Below, piece by piece: positions 12,801 to 24,699 of a DNA stretch of 64,000 nt. Under the pieces are notes generated by a model. It saw nothing but the letters and a program-made list of their open reading frames with translations. It ran no database searches and was not told where the DNA came from. Source of the DNA: Utricularia gibba. Its lineage: Eukaryota > Plantae > Magnoliophyta. The stretch covers positions 3,968,001-4,032,000 of the forward strand of contig CM007991.1 of assembly GCA_002189035.1 (NCBI GenBank). The letters run 5' to 3'. The position numbers and the translations under genes were made by a program. Position 1 is the stretch's first letter. Each line of letters starts with the position of its first letter.

Positions 12801-14218
12801 GCGCTTCTGTTATTTGCTGCCGCTCATCTCCAAAGCAGAAGGCCCTTGTAAGTTTACATCGATTTCTGTAGAAATTTTAGAGTATCATCTGTTACAAGAG
12901 GTAACATTGCTTCCATACAGGTGACAAGGCTGGTGAAAGAAGGAACAAAGAAAACGATTCTGGGAATAGGTGATGGAGCTAATGATGTTGGAATGCTTCA
13001 AGAAGCCGATATTGGGATTGGAATAAGTGGAGTCGAAGGAATGCAGGTAAACAAAAACTGTTCAATTTCTATTTCTGAAATACATTTATGCTTCTTTGGT
13101 TTGTATGTTAACATCATTTTTTCGTCTAACCAGGCAGTTATGTCTAGCGACGTTGCCATTGCACAATTCAGGTTCTTGGAGCGCTTGCTTTTGGTGCACG
13201 GACATTGGTGTTACAGACGGATATCCTCAATGGTAAGATTTTATAACAGAAGCTGCTGCGTGTACATATGTACCATTTCACAGAGCATCAACCTAATACA
13301 ATATTTTTTTCCTGCAGATTTGCTACTTTTTCTACAAAAATCTTGCTTATGGCTTCACCATCTTCTTCTATGAAGCCTTCACGACATTCTCCGGGCAACC
13401 TGCCTACAACGATTGGTTTCTGTCTCTTTACAATGTGTTCTTCACCTCCCTCCCTGTGATTGCTCTCGGCGTCTTCGACCAAGATGTATCTGCCAGATAC
13501 TGTCTCAAGGTTTGCCACTCTGCAAATCCCGTTTCTGTTATCTGTCTCCTCTCATCCCCCAGGGATCCTAACATCTTTTTGCCTGTGCTCAAAATGACAG
13601 TTCCCCTTGCTATACCAAGAGGGTATTCAAAATGTCCTCTTTAGCTGGCGCCGAATAATCGGATGGATGATCAATGGCATTGCCACAGCAGTCATCATCT
13701 TTTTCTTCTCAACAGTAGCAATGACTCCTCAAGCATTCAACAGCGATGGAAAGCCTGCAGATTATCAGATAGTCGGAGCAACAATGTACACCAGTGTGGT
13801 ATGGGTTGCTAACTGCCAAATGGCCCTGGCCATCACCTACTTCACTCTGATCCAACACATCTTCATCTGGGGTGGAGTGGCTTTATGGTACCTCTTTCTC
13901 TTGGCATATGGATCACTGTCACCTGATATCTCCTCGACAGCATACCGAGTTTTTGTGGAAACTCTTGCTCCTACTCCTGGCTTCTATGTTATCACCTTCC
14001 TGGTTACCATCTCTGCCTTGGTGCCTTACGTTGTCTACAACTGCATTCAGAACTGGTTCTTCCCAATGTACCACACTGTGCTGCAACAGATGAGGCACGA
14101 TGGTCGTGGCGAGGATCCGGAGTACTGCATGAAGGAGCGGCAGAGATCTATAAAGCACACAACCGTTGGTTATACTGCACGCTCTATGGCTAGAAATGTC
14201 TCGGAACGCAGATACTAG
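9836..14218 (+). CDS. ALA: Phospholipid-transporting P4-type ATPase (flippase), ALA9/10/11/12 clade
   Basis: 11 exons with canonical GT-AG junctions: 9836-10234, 10330-11648, 11730-11840, 11925-12201, 12270-12358, 12432-12540, 12644-12847, 12921-13046, 13134-13232, 13318-13509, 13601-14218. Motifs [26 protein letters not shown] (phosphorylated Asp), [20 protein letters not shown]. The frame is intact throughout. Confidence 0.97.
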
Positions 14219-14328
14219 AGAAGGTTAGGGCGCCCTTTTGGGCTGGTTTTGTGTACACTTGTACAGCAAGAGCCTTATTCTTTACCTTGTACAAAAGTTA
14301 ACACTCTTTTGGGTCATTTGAAAATTAA

Positions 14329-14564
14329 AGTAGTGTTCTGAAAAATTTTTAAAACATATTTTTAATTTTCAGAAGTAAAAATAGTTTTGTTCTAGAACAC
14401 TTTTAATTGTAAAAGTAATTCTATCAAAAAATATTTCTAAAAGTATAACTACAAAGCTATTTTTGGAAAAATAAGTAGTTGGTTATTTTTACTTTTTATT
14501 TTTATTTTTCAAAAATAATTTTGAAAAGTAAAAATATGTTTCAAAAATTTTCCAGAACAATACT
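14329..14564. mobile_element. Tourist-like (PIF/Harbinger-type) MITE, family A copy 1
   Basis: About 36-bp TIR: AGTAGTGTTCTGAAAAATTTTTAAAACATATTTTTA on the left; reverse complement of the right end is AGTATTGTTCTGGAAAATTTTTGAAACATATTTTTA. TAA flanks both sides (14326-28 and 14565-67). Confidence 0.85.
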
Positions 14565-14589
14565 TAAGTTACATCTAATTTAGTTGATA

Positions 14590-14870
14590 TTTATCAGTTT
14601 GGAACCGAACGGTTTCGTCAAATTGTTGGTTTTTAAAATGTAGTTTGTTTTTGACTTTGATTCCAATTTTGGTTTGGAATCGAATTTTTAAACTTTGACT
14701 CAAATCGAAATTGAACAATATAGTTTGAAATTCAAAATCATGATCAAAAATATTGAATTGAATTAGAATTGGAACCATTGGTTAGATTTATGAAGTTTTT
14801 TCATAAAATATGCATTCTTGAATTGGAACCGTGGTTTCGATTGGAGTTGACTACAATTCTAATTGATATT
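14590..14870. repeat. Degenerate repeat rich in GGAACC/GGTTTCG subterminal-type motifs; related tract at about 4440-4680
   Basis: Recurring tggaaccg/ggtttcg/gaattggaacc motifs. Ends and TSD not resolved. Confidence 0.35.
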
Positions 14871-15999
14871 GTTAAATTTTAAAAATAAAATATAATTGAT
14901 ATTTAATTTATAATTACTTGAATTTATTATTGTCAGGATTTAGAAAAGTAAAAAACACTAATGAAAAGCCATGCATGATCCACTATAATTAAGTTTCATC
15001 ACCCTCAATCATTATAGCAATTTCTCTATTAAAACTGCTTTTAATCAACTCAAGAGTAAGAAAAAAAATCATTATCTTTATATATTTGAATGACTATCAA
15101 AATCTTAATGTGATTTCCAATTGAGAACTTCTCTTTAATTTGAGAATCAAATGTTAATTTTTTTTCACTTACAGAATTAGGGTTCACACTATTGGTTAAT
15201 AAAAATGAAAATTATTATAAAACAAGAATTGTTTTTAGAAACGTGGATTGAATGCTTTCTTCCCATTTTTGTGTGGTTTGACGGGGTGGGTCCCATCTAT
15301 TTCCTACACCCCAAGGAGAAACTTCCGAGGATACAAAATTCCATTACAGGTGTCGGTGGGGAAACGTACTCTACACCGTCCCCGCTTCCTAAAATACCAG
15401 GAAGTACGAAAACGGCGTTGTGGGAGTGTGATTCTCAGGATAATGAGTGGGACAGCTCTGGGATAAGGTCTTTTATAGCATCCTCATGTTCAGTGAAGAG
15501 GAATCAGTGAGGGTGCTGGTGAGTTTTCGGTGAAGGAAGCCATGTGAACAACTCACCGACGGAACCACTTGTTTGAGGCTTCTGCGTGAATGTTTTCGAC
15601 TGCATTAGAATCTTCTTTTCAGGAGTGGGTGGAATTGAAGAAGACAAAGGGAAAGGGAGGGGTTTATGGTGTCACCCACATGTGCTGTGAAAGCCAGTCT
15701 TCGCGCCTTTACTTATAGTGATTAACTGAGTCTGTTTGTCTGGATTCTCAGTCACCTCATTCCCAACCCCACCAAGCGTAAAGTGGTTGTTGTTTTCCTT
15801 AGTGAAAATTGGGGACACCATTCTTGGTTGTCTGTAATTGGAGCAAAATCTTCTTCGTCATCAAGGGCCATGTGCTTGTTGTCTTAAAGCTATCTTCTTT
15901 TTCCCCAAGATATCAGCATTCAAATCTGGGAATTCTGTTTATTAGGCTCTGTTTTGTGCTTTAACATTTCTTTCATTACAAGGATCAAGGGAAGCAGAT

Positions 16000-16749
16000 A
16001 TGAGGGATAGAGGTAAACCTGTGGCGTTCCAGTTCTCTTCTGCTTCAGAGACGCGATGCAGGGAGCATCCCAGTTCGTCTTTCGTGGGTATATGCCCTTT
16101 CTGTCTGACAGAAAGGCTTTTGAAGCTGCTGATCGAGGACCGGAAACGCTCGCCTTGTTCTTGCTCTGATGTCTCTTCTTCTTACCGGAATTCATGCAGC
16201 GCTCTAGAAGTTGGCAATATTTATAGAAGAAGAGAAGAAACATCAAAGCAGGTTGCGCTTTTGACGAGGAGCAACAGCAGCTGCATAAAAGTCAGGGAGC
16301 GTACAAGCCTGTGGAGGCTTTTCGGAAAGAGAACTGAGAAACATGAGTTCCATGATGGGAAAACACAGGATCTGGCGTATGATCAAAAGGGTGCCTCCAG
16401 ATGTAGATCAGTTTGCCGATTCGGAGGCTATGATGAAAGTGAAGCCATTGCTCTTGGCGCAAAGGCTTCAGATGCTGCAAATGAGGATGATGCTTCTCCA
16501 TCTCAGGAAGATGAGTCTGATTTCATTGATTTGGATCTCGATTTGCAGGCTGCACCAAAGCTGGAACGGTCGTCTTTGGATCATGGGATCAAGTTTAAGG
16601 AACCCGAAAACCTGATCACAACCAGGAAAGATGTTGTTTCCTCTTCTTGCAGAGTTGCAGTGGATGTGAAGAAACGAAACAGAAGGGGCAAAAATGTTCT
16701 GGAACGGATTTTCAAGTATCATGCCATGAATCTTAAACGCCTCATTTGA
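16000..16749 (+). CDS. DUF740-like (OCTOPUS-related N-terminal Cys/His motif) protein, single exon; At3g25590-like from memory
   Basis: MRDRGK start, then CREHPSSSFVGICPFCLTERL (CxxHP...GxCxxCLxERL motif), SPCSCSD, and LTRSNS...SLWRLF. 249-aa ORF. Confidence 0.8.
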   Translation: MRDRGKPVAFQFSSASETRCREHPSSSFVGICPFCLTERLLKLLIEDRKRSPCSCSDVSSSYRNSCSALEVGNIYRRREETSKQVALLTRSNSSCIKVRERTSLWRLFGKRTEKHEFHDGKTQDLAYDQKGASRCRSVCRFGGYDESEAIALGAKASDAANEDDASPSQEDESDFIDLDLDLQAAPKLERSSLDHGIKFKEPENLITTRKDVVSSSCRVAVDVKKRNRRGKNVLERIFKYHAMNLKRLI

Positions 16750-17837
16750 TTTGTAAGTTAATGATCGGGTTTAATAAACATGTATGTAGAAATAACGTAT
16801 TTTAAAAAAATACGTTAAGCTTTCTATACATTAGACACCTTCATACAAATCTAACTTTCAAAACATGTATGTTGAAATAACATAATTTTTTAAAAAATAT
16901 ACATTATTTTTATATACAGTTAAATTTTTTGAGAATCCACACTAAATATTTCACAAATACAACATATTTAAGAAATGAAATGCTTTTACTACACATATCA
17001 TATTTGTTGAAATTTTCATAAAGCTAATGTTTTGTCAAGTGGTGCAAAATGATTCTTAGAGTATATTATGATGTCATCAATATGAGAAACTAATTAAGGT
17101 GTGGCTTAAATACCCAGTTCATTAAATCCATAAAGACCATTGGAGCATTTGTTAATTAAGGGTACCACAATACAATCATTTTGATTGTATTTGGTTCAAA
17201 AAGCTATTTTAGTGCATTATCTTTCCATATTAATGATGGATGATACCCTAAATGAATATCTAATTTAGAGAACATCATGGGCTCTTGCAACTGATCAAAT
17301 AAATCATTTGTTCTAGGCAAATGACATTTATTTTTCATCGTTATCTTGTTAAATTCTCCATAGTCTTAACTTGTCATCATTCTTTTTAACAAAAATGACT
17401 AGAATAAGAGAACTAGTTGAATCTTCATTTCTTTGCGTGTCTTTAGACTAGAGATGAATTCAGAATGGGTAAATTTAACCCGTTATGAGTTGGATTTATT
17501 ACCCATAACTGTAAAAAATGGATATAGGATGGTTCTATAGTACATGAGAATGGGTAAATTTGAAACATACACCAACAATAAAAGAACCTATTTTTTATAA
17601 AATGGGTTGAACAGTCCAATCAATTGGGCCCAAAACTTCTAAATTAAATTTAATTCGTATTAATATATATAAATCATGTAATGATTCAAGTCAACTCAGG
17701 AAGTATACCATATCGACTATGAATTGAGTCGCAATCTTTTATGTTGACTCGATGGATTCAACCCCTAAACTATTGAGTTAGATCCATGCCCACCTCTATC
17801 TTTAAATGATTGATTTGAATGTTATATTGCACCCTAA

Positions 17838-18559
17838 GGGCTCGTTTGGTACCATATTTTAACTTACACATTGTTACATATAAATGGGATTATTTTATAC
17901 CAAAATGAGGGATTTAAAAAACATGAGTGTGCTTTGTAGAAAGTTTTATTTAACATGGTATTAATTATCATGTGTTTGGTAGGAAGTCTTATGATTTGTT
18001 GTATATATAATTTTACTAAAATGCCCATGTTTGATTTATGTATAACTTTACTGTAATATATATGCTTACAAATAACCTGATTTGAACCAATTTTCAGATT
18101 TATATCCGACAGCAATAATCTACTTCATAGTTTTAACTAATGATTTCTTTTTATAGAATGACCATGTTTCTAATAATTTCATGATTTGAACTAATAATGT
18201 CCGGTAATAACAATCTTTTTTTTGGCTCCCTCCATTAGATTACTAATTTCTTAGATACATACAAAAAATTGTGAAATCAACAAAATATGTAAAACTAATT
18301 TATTGCCAAGAGGGAACTAAGATGATTATTAGAGGTGAAAATATTTTTGTAAAATAAAAGGGTAATATTGTATTTTATTGTCATGGTATTAACAAACCCA
18401 TCTACTACACGGGTTTGTGTTTTACTATATATAATGTGTTAAATAAGAAATTTGATGGGATATACAATCTGTGATATTATATAACATTATATACCAAACG
18501 GTTGATAAAGATGTGTTATTTAACACAACACCATATTACACCTCCTACCAAACGAGCCC
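17838..18559. mobile_element. Tourist-like (PIF/Harbinger) MITE, 722 bp, family B
   Basis: Perfect 14-bp TIR GGGCTCGTTTGGTA (17838-51) / TACCAAACGAGCCC (18546-59), with TAA TSD at 17835-37 and 18560-62. AT-rich non-coding interior. Confidence 0.92.
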
Positions 18560-19151
18560 TAATTTTGTTAGTGAAACCCAACATGGCAAATTATTGTCTT
18601 TGTGTGGGGTGATGTCAATACCCATGAGGTTTTTCTGGCTCTTAAATAATAATTTCAGGCATTTGATGTAAAGGATTGTGTAACTTGGATGCAATAATTT
18701 TCATTAAATAATATTAATTTTTTATATTAACTTTAAGAAATCAATATTAATATGTAATAATTTAAAACACATAAACAAATAAAGTTTAATTTCATAGAAT
18801 ACTTGTTTCTTATTTAAAATAAATTTAATATCGATAGATATGTGGAAATTTATTTCTTATTTAAATTTATGATGAATGTATAATTGATAAAGTTTAGAAT
18901 ATCGATAGGTAGAATATGGGAGGAATTGAATTTGAGGACAATGTCTTTATTTTGATTAAGTATCATTAGGCACGTATACTGACAAATCTTCTACATTAGA
19001 ATGATAATGAGCATAAGCGCATGTTTTCTAGCTGGTTTAGATACGTTTGAGTTTCATATAAAGAAATTGTCAAGTTTTTGTTAATGAATACAAAAAACTT
19101 TGGTTTATAGCATTTACTGTCCCTTTAAAACAAAATTTTGTTAAAATCAAT

Positions 19152-19487
19152 CAGGGTTTGTTCTATGTTATCAATTTATTGAAGTGATTCTATTTAATTT
19201 TTTTGAAGATTTTAATCTTTAGCTGTTTTGTGATCAAATAAAAAATTTAAATTTTATGATTATCTTTAAAAATTATTGAATTTCTTAAATCTTTGTTTAA
19301 AAGATTAAATAAGAGATTAATTAGTAAAATTATATTATTCACTTTTTATATATTATAAACATACATTTATATCATAACATTAAATTATATAATAATTTAA
19401 TGTATCATTTTAATTTATTATATTTTATAATATAATTTTATGTTATACTATAAAATAGTTTTACAATTTTAAATATAACCGGCCCTG
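19152..19487. repeat. AT-rich dispersed repeat, copy 3, possibly with retained ends
   Basis: Core 19240-19475 is similar to 8325-8570 and 4760-4920. Bounded by CAGGG...CCCTG with imperfect 9-bp flanks AAAATCAAT/AGAATCAAC. Confidence 0.5.
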
Positions 19488-20067
19488 AGAATCAACAATT
19501 CACATGAAGCACATCTATGGTTTTGCTAATTTTCGTTTTTATTAAAATTAAAAGTAAAAAATATATATATTTTTTGAAATCATTCATACACACATTTCTA
19601 AAAGAAGACCGTGAGTCATTGACTGACAAGACCTCGAGCGTGTATCCTTTTGTTTTGTGCACGCCATGCGAGAATAATCTTTTGCTTGGAAAGAAGAGAA
19701 TATTGTGGCCACAAGCGCGAGGCTTCTTCTTTTAAATATTGGAATTTGGAAGACAAATCATGTCGAGCCATAAAAGTTGGGTTCTGTTTCTGTAGCCTGC
19801 AATCTGATCATTCACACTTCACAGAAGGATGGGTGTGGATGGATGTGGGAGCACATCTATCTTTTGCTTTACTGATCTTTTTGAAAATGGAGTCCTCGGT
19901 CAGAAAGCGAACTATTTGAAGAATAAAAAACTTTTGCTTCTTGTATCAATCCGCACCCACTGCTTCTTGTAGAACTGCTTAGCTTCTTCGACATACACAC
20001 TGCTCTCTGAAGTCTGTGCTCCGTTTCTCCTTTATTTCTTTCCTACACCTTTGTGGTTTTTTCGGTA

Positions 20068-22651
20068 ATGGGATCAGTGAAAGATGAAAACTTTTTGTGT
20101 TTTTATCTATGGGTATTCGTCTCGTGGAGTTTAAGCTTTACATCTGGTTCACTGACTCCTAATGGTGTAAATTTTGAAGGCAAGTTAATTGAATGCTGTT
20201 TTAACCTCAACGACATCAGTTTCTTACCTTTCTTTTTGTTTTTACCATGGTGTAGTTCAAGCTTTGATGGATATGAAAAAATTACTCAATGATCCTTCTG
20301 GAGTTCTCAACTGGGACGAAAACGCTGTTGACCCTTGTGGGTGGACACTGGTCACCTGTTCTCGCGATAATCTTGTTACCACTTTGTAAGCTGCTTCTTC
20401 TTCTCTGCTGCTTGTTCCACAGCTTCGATATGTATGTATCTTTTAGCTGAAGAAAAGTCCTATTGCAGAGCAATCGGAAGGCAAAACTTATCAGGAACAA
20501 TATCTAAAAGCATTGGGAATTTGACTCATCTCACAAGTCTGTAAGTAGACAGACATTTGGTGTCCACATTGTTCGTTTTGGTCGCTATTGATCTCAATTT
20601 CTTTGCAGCCAGCTACAGGAAAACAACATATCTGGAACGATTCCTGTTGAACTGGGCAATCTCCCAGAGCTCGAAGAACTTGATTTATCAAATAATTCAC
20701 TTACGGGAGATATACCATCTTCTCTAGCACAGCTTGGAAACCTTCAGTATCTGTGAGAACACAACCCTTTTTATCCCATTTTCTCATTCAACATGATGGT
20801 ATTCTTACTGTTGAGTCATTATCTAGGAGGCTGAATGGCAATAATCTCACAGGAGCAGTTCCCATGGCTTTTGCCAACTTGACTCGCCTTAGTCTTGTGT
20901 AAGAAGAGTTCTGTCCTTGCTTTTTCTCACATTCCATTGATGTGATTAGTTGATTCGGAGTCCGCTTATGCTACAGAGACTTATCATTCAACAATCTGAG
21001 CGGCCCAGTTCCAAGACTCCAAGCCAAGAGAATCAAGTACTTGTTTCAATCTTGGAAATCCAGAGCTGTTGTTGACGCATTGATGATTTATTTCTTCATG
21101 CTTTTTTGTGTAAAATCCAGTGTTTTGGGTAATCCTTTGATATGCTCAACCGGTGAAGAAGCAGGCTGCAGTGAAACAACACCTGCGCCTATACCACTCT
21201 CTCAAAACATTTCCCAGAGTAAGAAATTTGCTACTTTCATCAAAGATTATGTCTTTCATTGCAATAACATCAGATGAGAAGATGAGTTTCTTTGTCATAA
21301 TCTGAAGATATTCAGAAATCGAGTCGGCAAACAAGTCATAGTGTTGTTGCTTTAGCCTTTGCCCTGGGCTCCGCCGTGGGCTGCATTTGCTTGTTGATTA
21401 TCGGACTGGTTCTTTGGAGACATAACCAGAAGAAGCGTATTTTCTGGGACATCAATGGTATGCAGCGCTCAGCCTCATGCAAATTCTGATGTTTTCCCAA
21501 GACTGAAATGACTTCTGCTTCTCAGAACAACAACATGAAGAAGTATGCCTGGGGAACCTGAGACGTCTCTCATTCCGGGAGCTGCGCATCGCAACGAACA
21601 ACTTCAGCAGCAAGAACTTTCTTGGAAAGGGTGGATTTGGGAATGTGTACAAAGGAAACCTGCAAGATGGAACAGTCGTAGCAGTGAAACGGCTCAAAGA
21701 TGGGAACATCAGCGGCGGAGAAGACCAGTTCCAGACGGAGGTCGAGATGATCAGCCTCGCCGTCCATCGCAATCTCCTCCGGCTATACGGTTTCTGCGTC
21801 ACCTCAACCGAAAGGCTCCTTGTCTATCCCTACATGTCCAATGGCAGCGTGGCATCCCGTCTGAAAGGTAACAGGCATGGCCCTTTTCTTACAAAGATCC
21901 AGATAACCAACTGCAACACATGTTTTGTTGTTTTGTAATTACAGCTAAACCATCATTGGATTGGGGAACCAGGAAAAGAATAGCACTTGGGGCAGCCAGA
22001 GGATTAGTATATCTGCACGAGCAGTGTGACCCGAAGATCATTCACAGGGATGTTAAAGCAGCAAACATTCTCCTTGACGATTACTGTGAAGCAGTTGTGG
22101 GAGATTTTGGGCTAGCGAAGCTTCTAGATCGTCACGATTCACATGTCACGACTGCTGTCCGTGGAACAATCGGGCATATAGCTCCGGAGTATCTATCTAC
22201 AGGACAGTCATCTGAGAAAACAGATGTTTTCGGATTTGGGATCCTGCTGATTGAACTGATCACTGGAATGAGAGCTCTGGAATTTGGGAAAGCTAATGGG
22301 AATCAGAAAGGGGGGATGCTGGACTGGGTGAGGAAGATTCACGAAGAAAGGAAGATCGAGCTTCTCGTGGACGAAGATTTGAAGAACAACTACGATGTTG
22401 TGGAGGTGGAGGAGACCGTCAAGGTGGCTTTGCTGTGTACGCAGTACGTTCCGAGTCACAGACCGAAGATGTCTGAAGTTGTGAGATTGCTTGAAGGAGA
22501 TGGGGTTGCTGAAAAGTGGGAAGACTTGCAGAGAAATGGGGGTAACAGGGACAGTGAAGCGTCGTTCAGGGGAGAGTTCGGCGTCGGACGCGGCGACGCG
22601 GATGAGTCCTGGTTGGTGGGTCAGGACATGGAGCTCTCCGGCCCACGTTGA
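20068..22651 (+). CDS. NIK: LRR-II receptor-like kinase, NIK (NSP-interacting kinase) clade
   Basis: 10 exons: 20068-20179, 20256-20385, 20469-20540, 20609-20752, 20827-20898, 20977-21036, 21121-21218, 21308-21457, 21526-21867, 21945-22651. Motifs [25 protein letters not shown], 72/144-bp LRR exons, TM segment, [28 protein letters not shown], end MELSGPR. Intron 1 is GC-AG. Confidence 0.95.
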
Positions 22652-22730
22652 TTGTAATTATCTGGGTGAAATCCTTGTGAACATTTTTTTTTACTGCGAG
22701 TAAAGTGCAGTAATTAGGGTTTACACGTGT

Positions 22731-24064
22731 TTAGAAAGAGGGGTATGTATTGACAAATCTGCAGTTAACCCTAATTTCACCATCTACATGCGTTTCTGGG
22801 TTGGTGATGCTACCCATTTTCACCATTGAAGCTGCGAATTGATCGAAGAAGGCTAGCCCGTTTCTCGCGAATGCTTCCGCGATCTTCCGCGTTTCAAATC
22901 TGGAGAGCATCTTTTGATCGGATTCCAGCAGTGCTTCGCCTCTCAACAGAATCTGGTAATAAGAATTGTCGAAAATGTAGGGTGAGAAGTAATCGAGTGC
23001 TGTTGCATTGTCATCTGAAAGCCCTTCTTCGGGAGGGCAGATGGATCTCAATGTGCTGAGGTATTGCTGCGAAAATGGGTTTCTCCCTGATGTTTCGACA
23101 AAATCGCCATATATTCTGTCCCTGAAGTTAACGCATCGCGCCAACCCGATGGTGTGAGCTCCTGCAAGGGCTACCATGTCTGTGATTGAGAGGCCCTGTT
23201 GAAGGAACTTTGAGATGACGGAGAGTAAGCTGTTTTCTTGTTTTGGAAGGTTTTGTTCTGCGAGGGTGTAGCTAGCGGTTATGGAGTCATTCCGCCCTAA
23301 GAAAACATCCCAATAAGGTCCACCAACCTGACAAGATGATGGGTTATGATTAGCAAGTCATGTGTTCGAGATATTGTCTCAATGAATAATTATGTGCTGC
23401 GGGTGAAAAAAAAAGAATAAATCGCTGATTTTTTGTTGTATGCTAAGGCTGATATTGAATTACTGTGACCCTGTTCTTTCTATCGTTTGATTGATGGTTG
23501 ATCTTTATCTAGCTTCCATGTATTTTCGGAGTAGTTGACACAAAGAAGAAGCTCATGTTTTATTACCAGTAGAACAGCGTCTCTAGCTGCAACAGTGAGA
23601 ATATCAGCACAGGAGACTGTTTCAGGACACTCAGATTCGAGCTTCTTCTTGATCCTGTCAATGATCCTGAATCCTTTCAGGGAGTGCCTGTTTACGGGAG
23701 CTTTCTTTTCCCCTCGAAATGTGATGGTATCATCCAGAAGAACGGATCCATCACAGCCCTGCAGAAATCACGCAAAAGCATCATGCCTCAAGCCAAGAAT
23801 AAGCTGCTGCTATAGAACCCCTCCGAAAACAACCTGGACGAAGCAATCATGGAAATGCAACCGCAGAACCTTGGCCGCATTTCTGGGATCAGACAGCACT
23901 GCGCATTCCATTTCTTTCCTGATGATTTCCAGCACCATGGGGCAGGTATCTTTGTAGAAGTCTAACGTGAGTGATGGATCAGCCGCATGGAACATGGAAA
24001 AGGTCATGAAGAGAGAAAAGACTAAGAAGTATCCCTTTGGATAAAGAGAGAAAACCAAAGCCAT
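22731..24064 (-). CDS. PRX11: Class III secretory peroxidase (Prx11-like)
   Basis: Exons 24064-23834 (signal peptide, [10 protein letters not shown] distal His), 23758-23567 (192 bp, [10 protein letters not shown]...VSCADIL), and 23327-22731 (VGGPYWDV...[11 protein letters not shown] proximal His...[11 protein letters not shown]). Three exons only. Confidence 0.96.
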
Positions 24065-24699
24065 CCTTTTCGGTATCAGGGAGGAGATCTCCCAGCAAAT
24101 GGCAAAGGGAGCTATTTGAACTTGAGCAGAGAATATGGATTGCTCCTTTCATAGTCCTTGTTACTAGCAAAACTGAAGTCAAGAGAAGATGCAACCAATA
24201 CAGTTTGGTTGGTCAGCTCTCCCGAACTACCATATGAGTAGATGCTCCTCCTGAGATGAAGTACAAGGAAATGAAGTAATCCGTTTGGATTAGACCTCAG
24301 GTCCATGACTGAAGCTCCTAGGCCCAGCTCTCCGATTATTCCTCAGTTAAACTAAGGGGACTGGGGGCCCTGAGCCTTAGCATTCGGCTTACTGCATTCT
24401 TCCAAGAGTGATGAGCTCTGGTGTTAATAGAGTTAAAAATCAAAAAAGATGGAGATGTGGAACTCCAGGGACCATGAAAAGCTCTCATGGACCAGTGAAG
24501 GCACAGGGTACCATGTTCCAGCAAATTTAACGGTCTTTGTTTGCTTTGACTCCGGGGAGAAATCTGACAGGAACAAGAAGACATTGATCCATGAAACGAC
24601 AACGTATTGGTGCTTTCCTTTGGCCTTGTGACATCTAATGTAGTTTTTTTTAATTTAATCAGCCTACTTGGTTTGATAAAGATTGGGGAATCACATTAG

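Noticed and set aside
15518-15557. Small inverted repeat GGTGAGTT/AACTCACC as a possible miRNA stem
   Set aside because: Only 8 bp of pairing, does not extend to a stem of about 21 nt, and matches no conserved miRNA I know.
24100-24630. Several 60-90 aa ORFs upstream of the peroxidase
   Set aside because: No recognisable motif, signal peptide or splice structure; consistent with promoter DNA.
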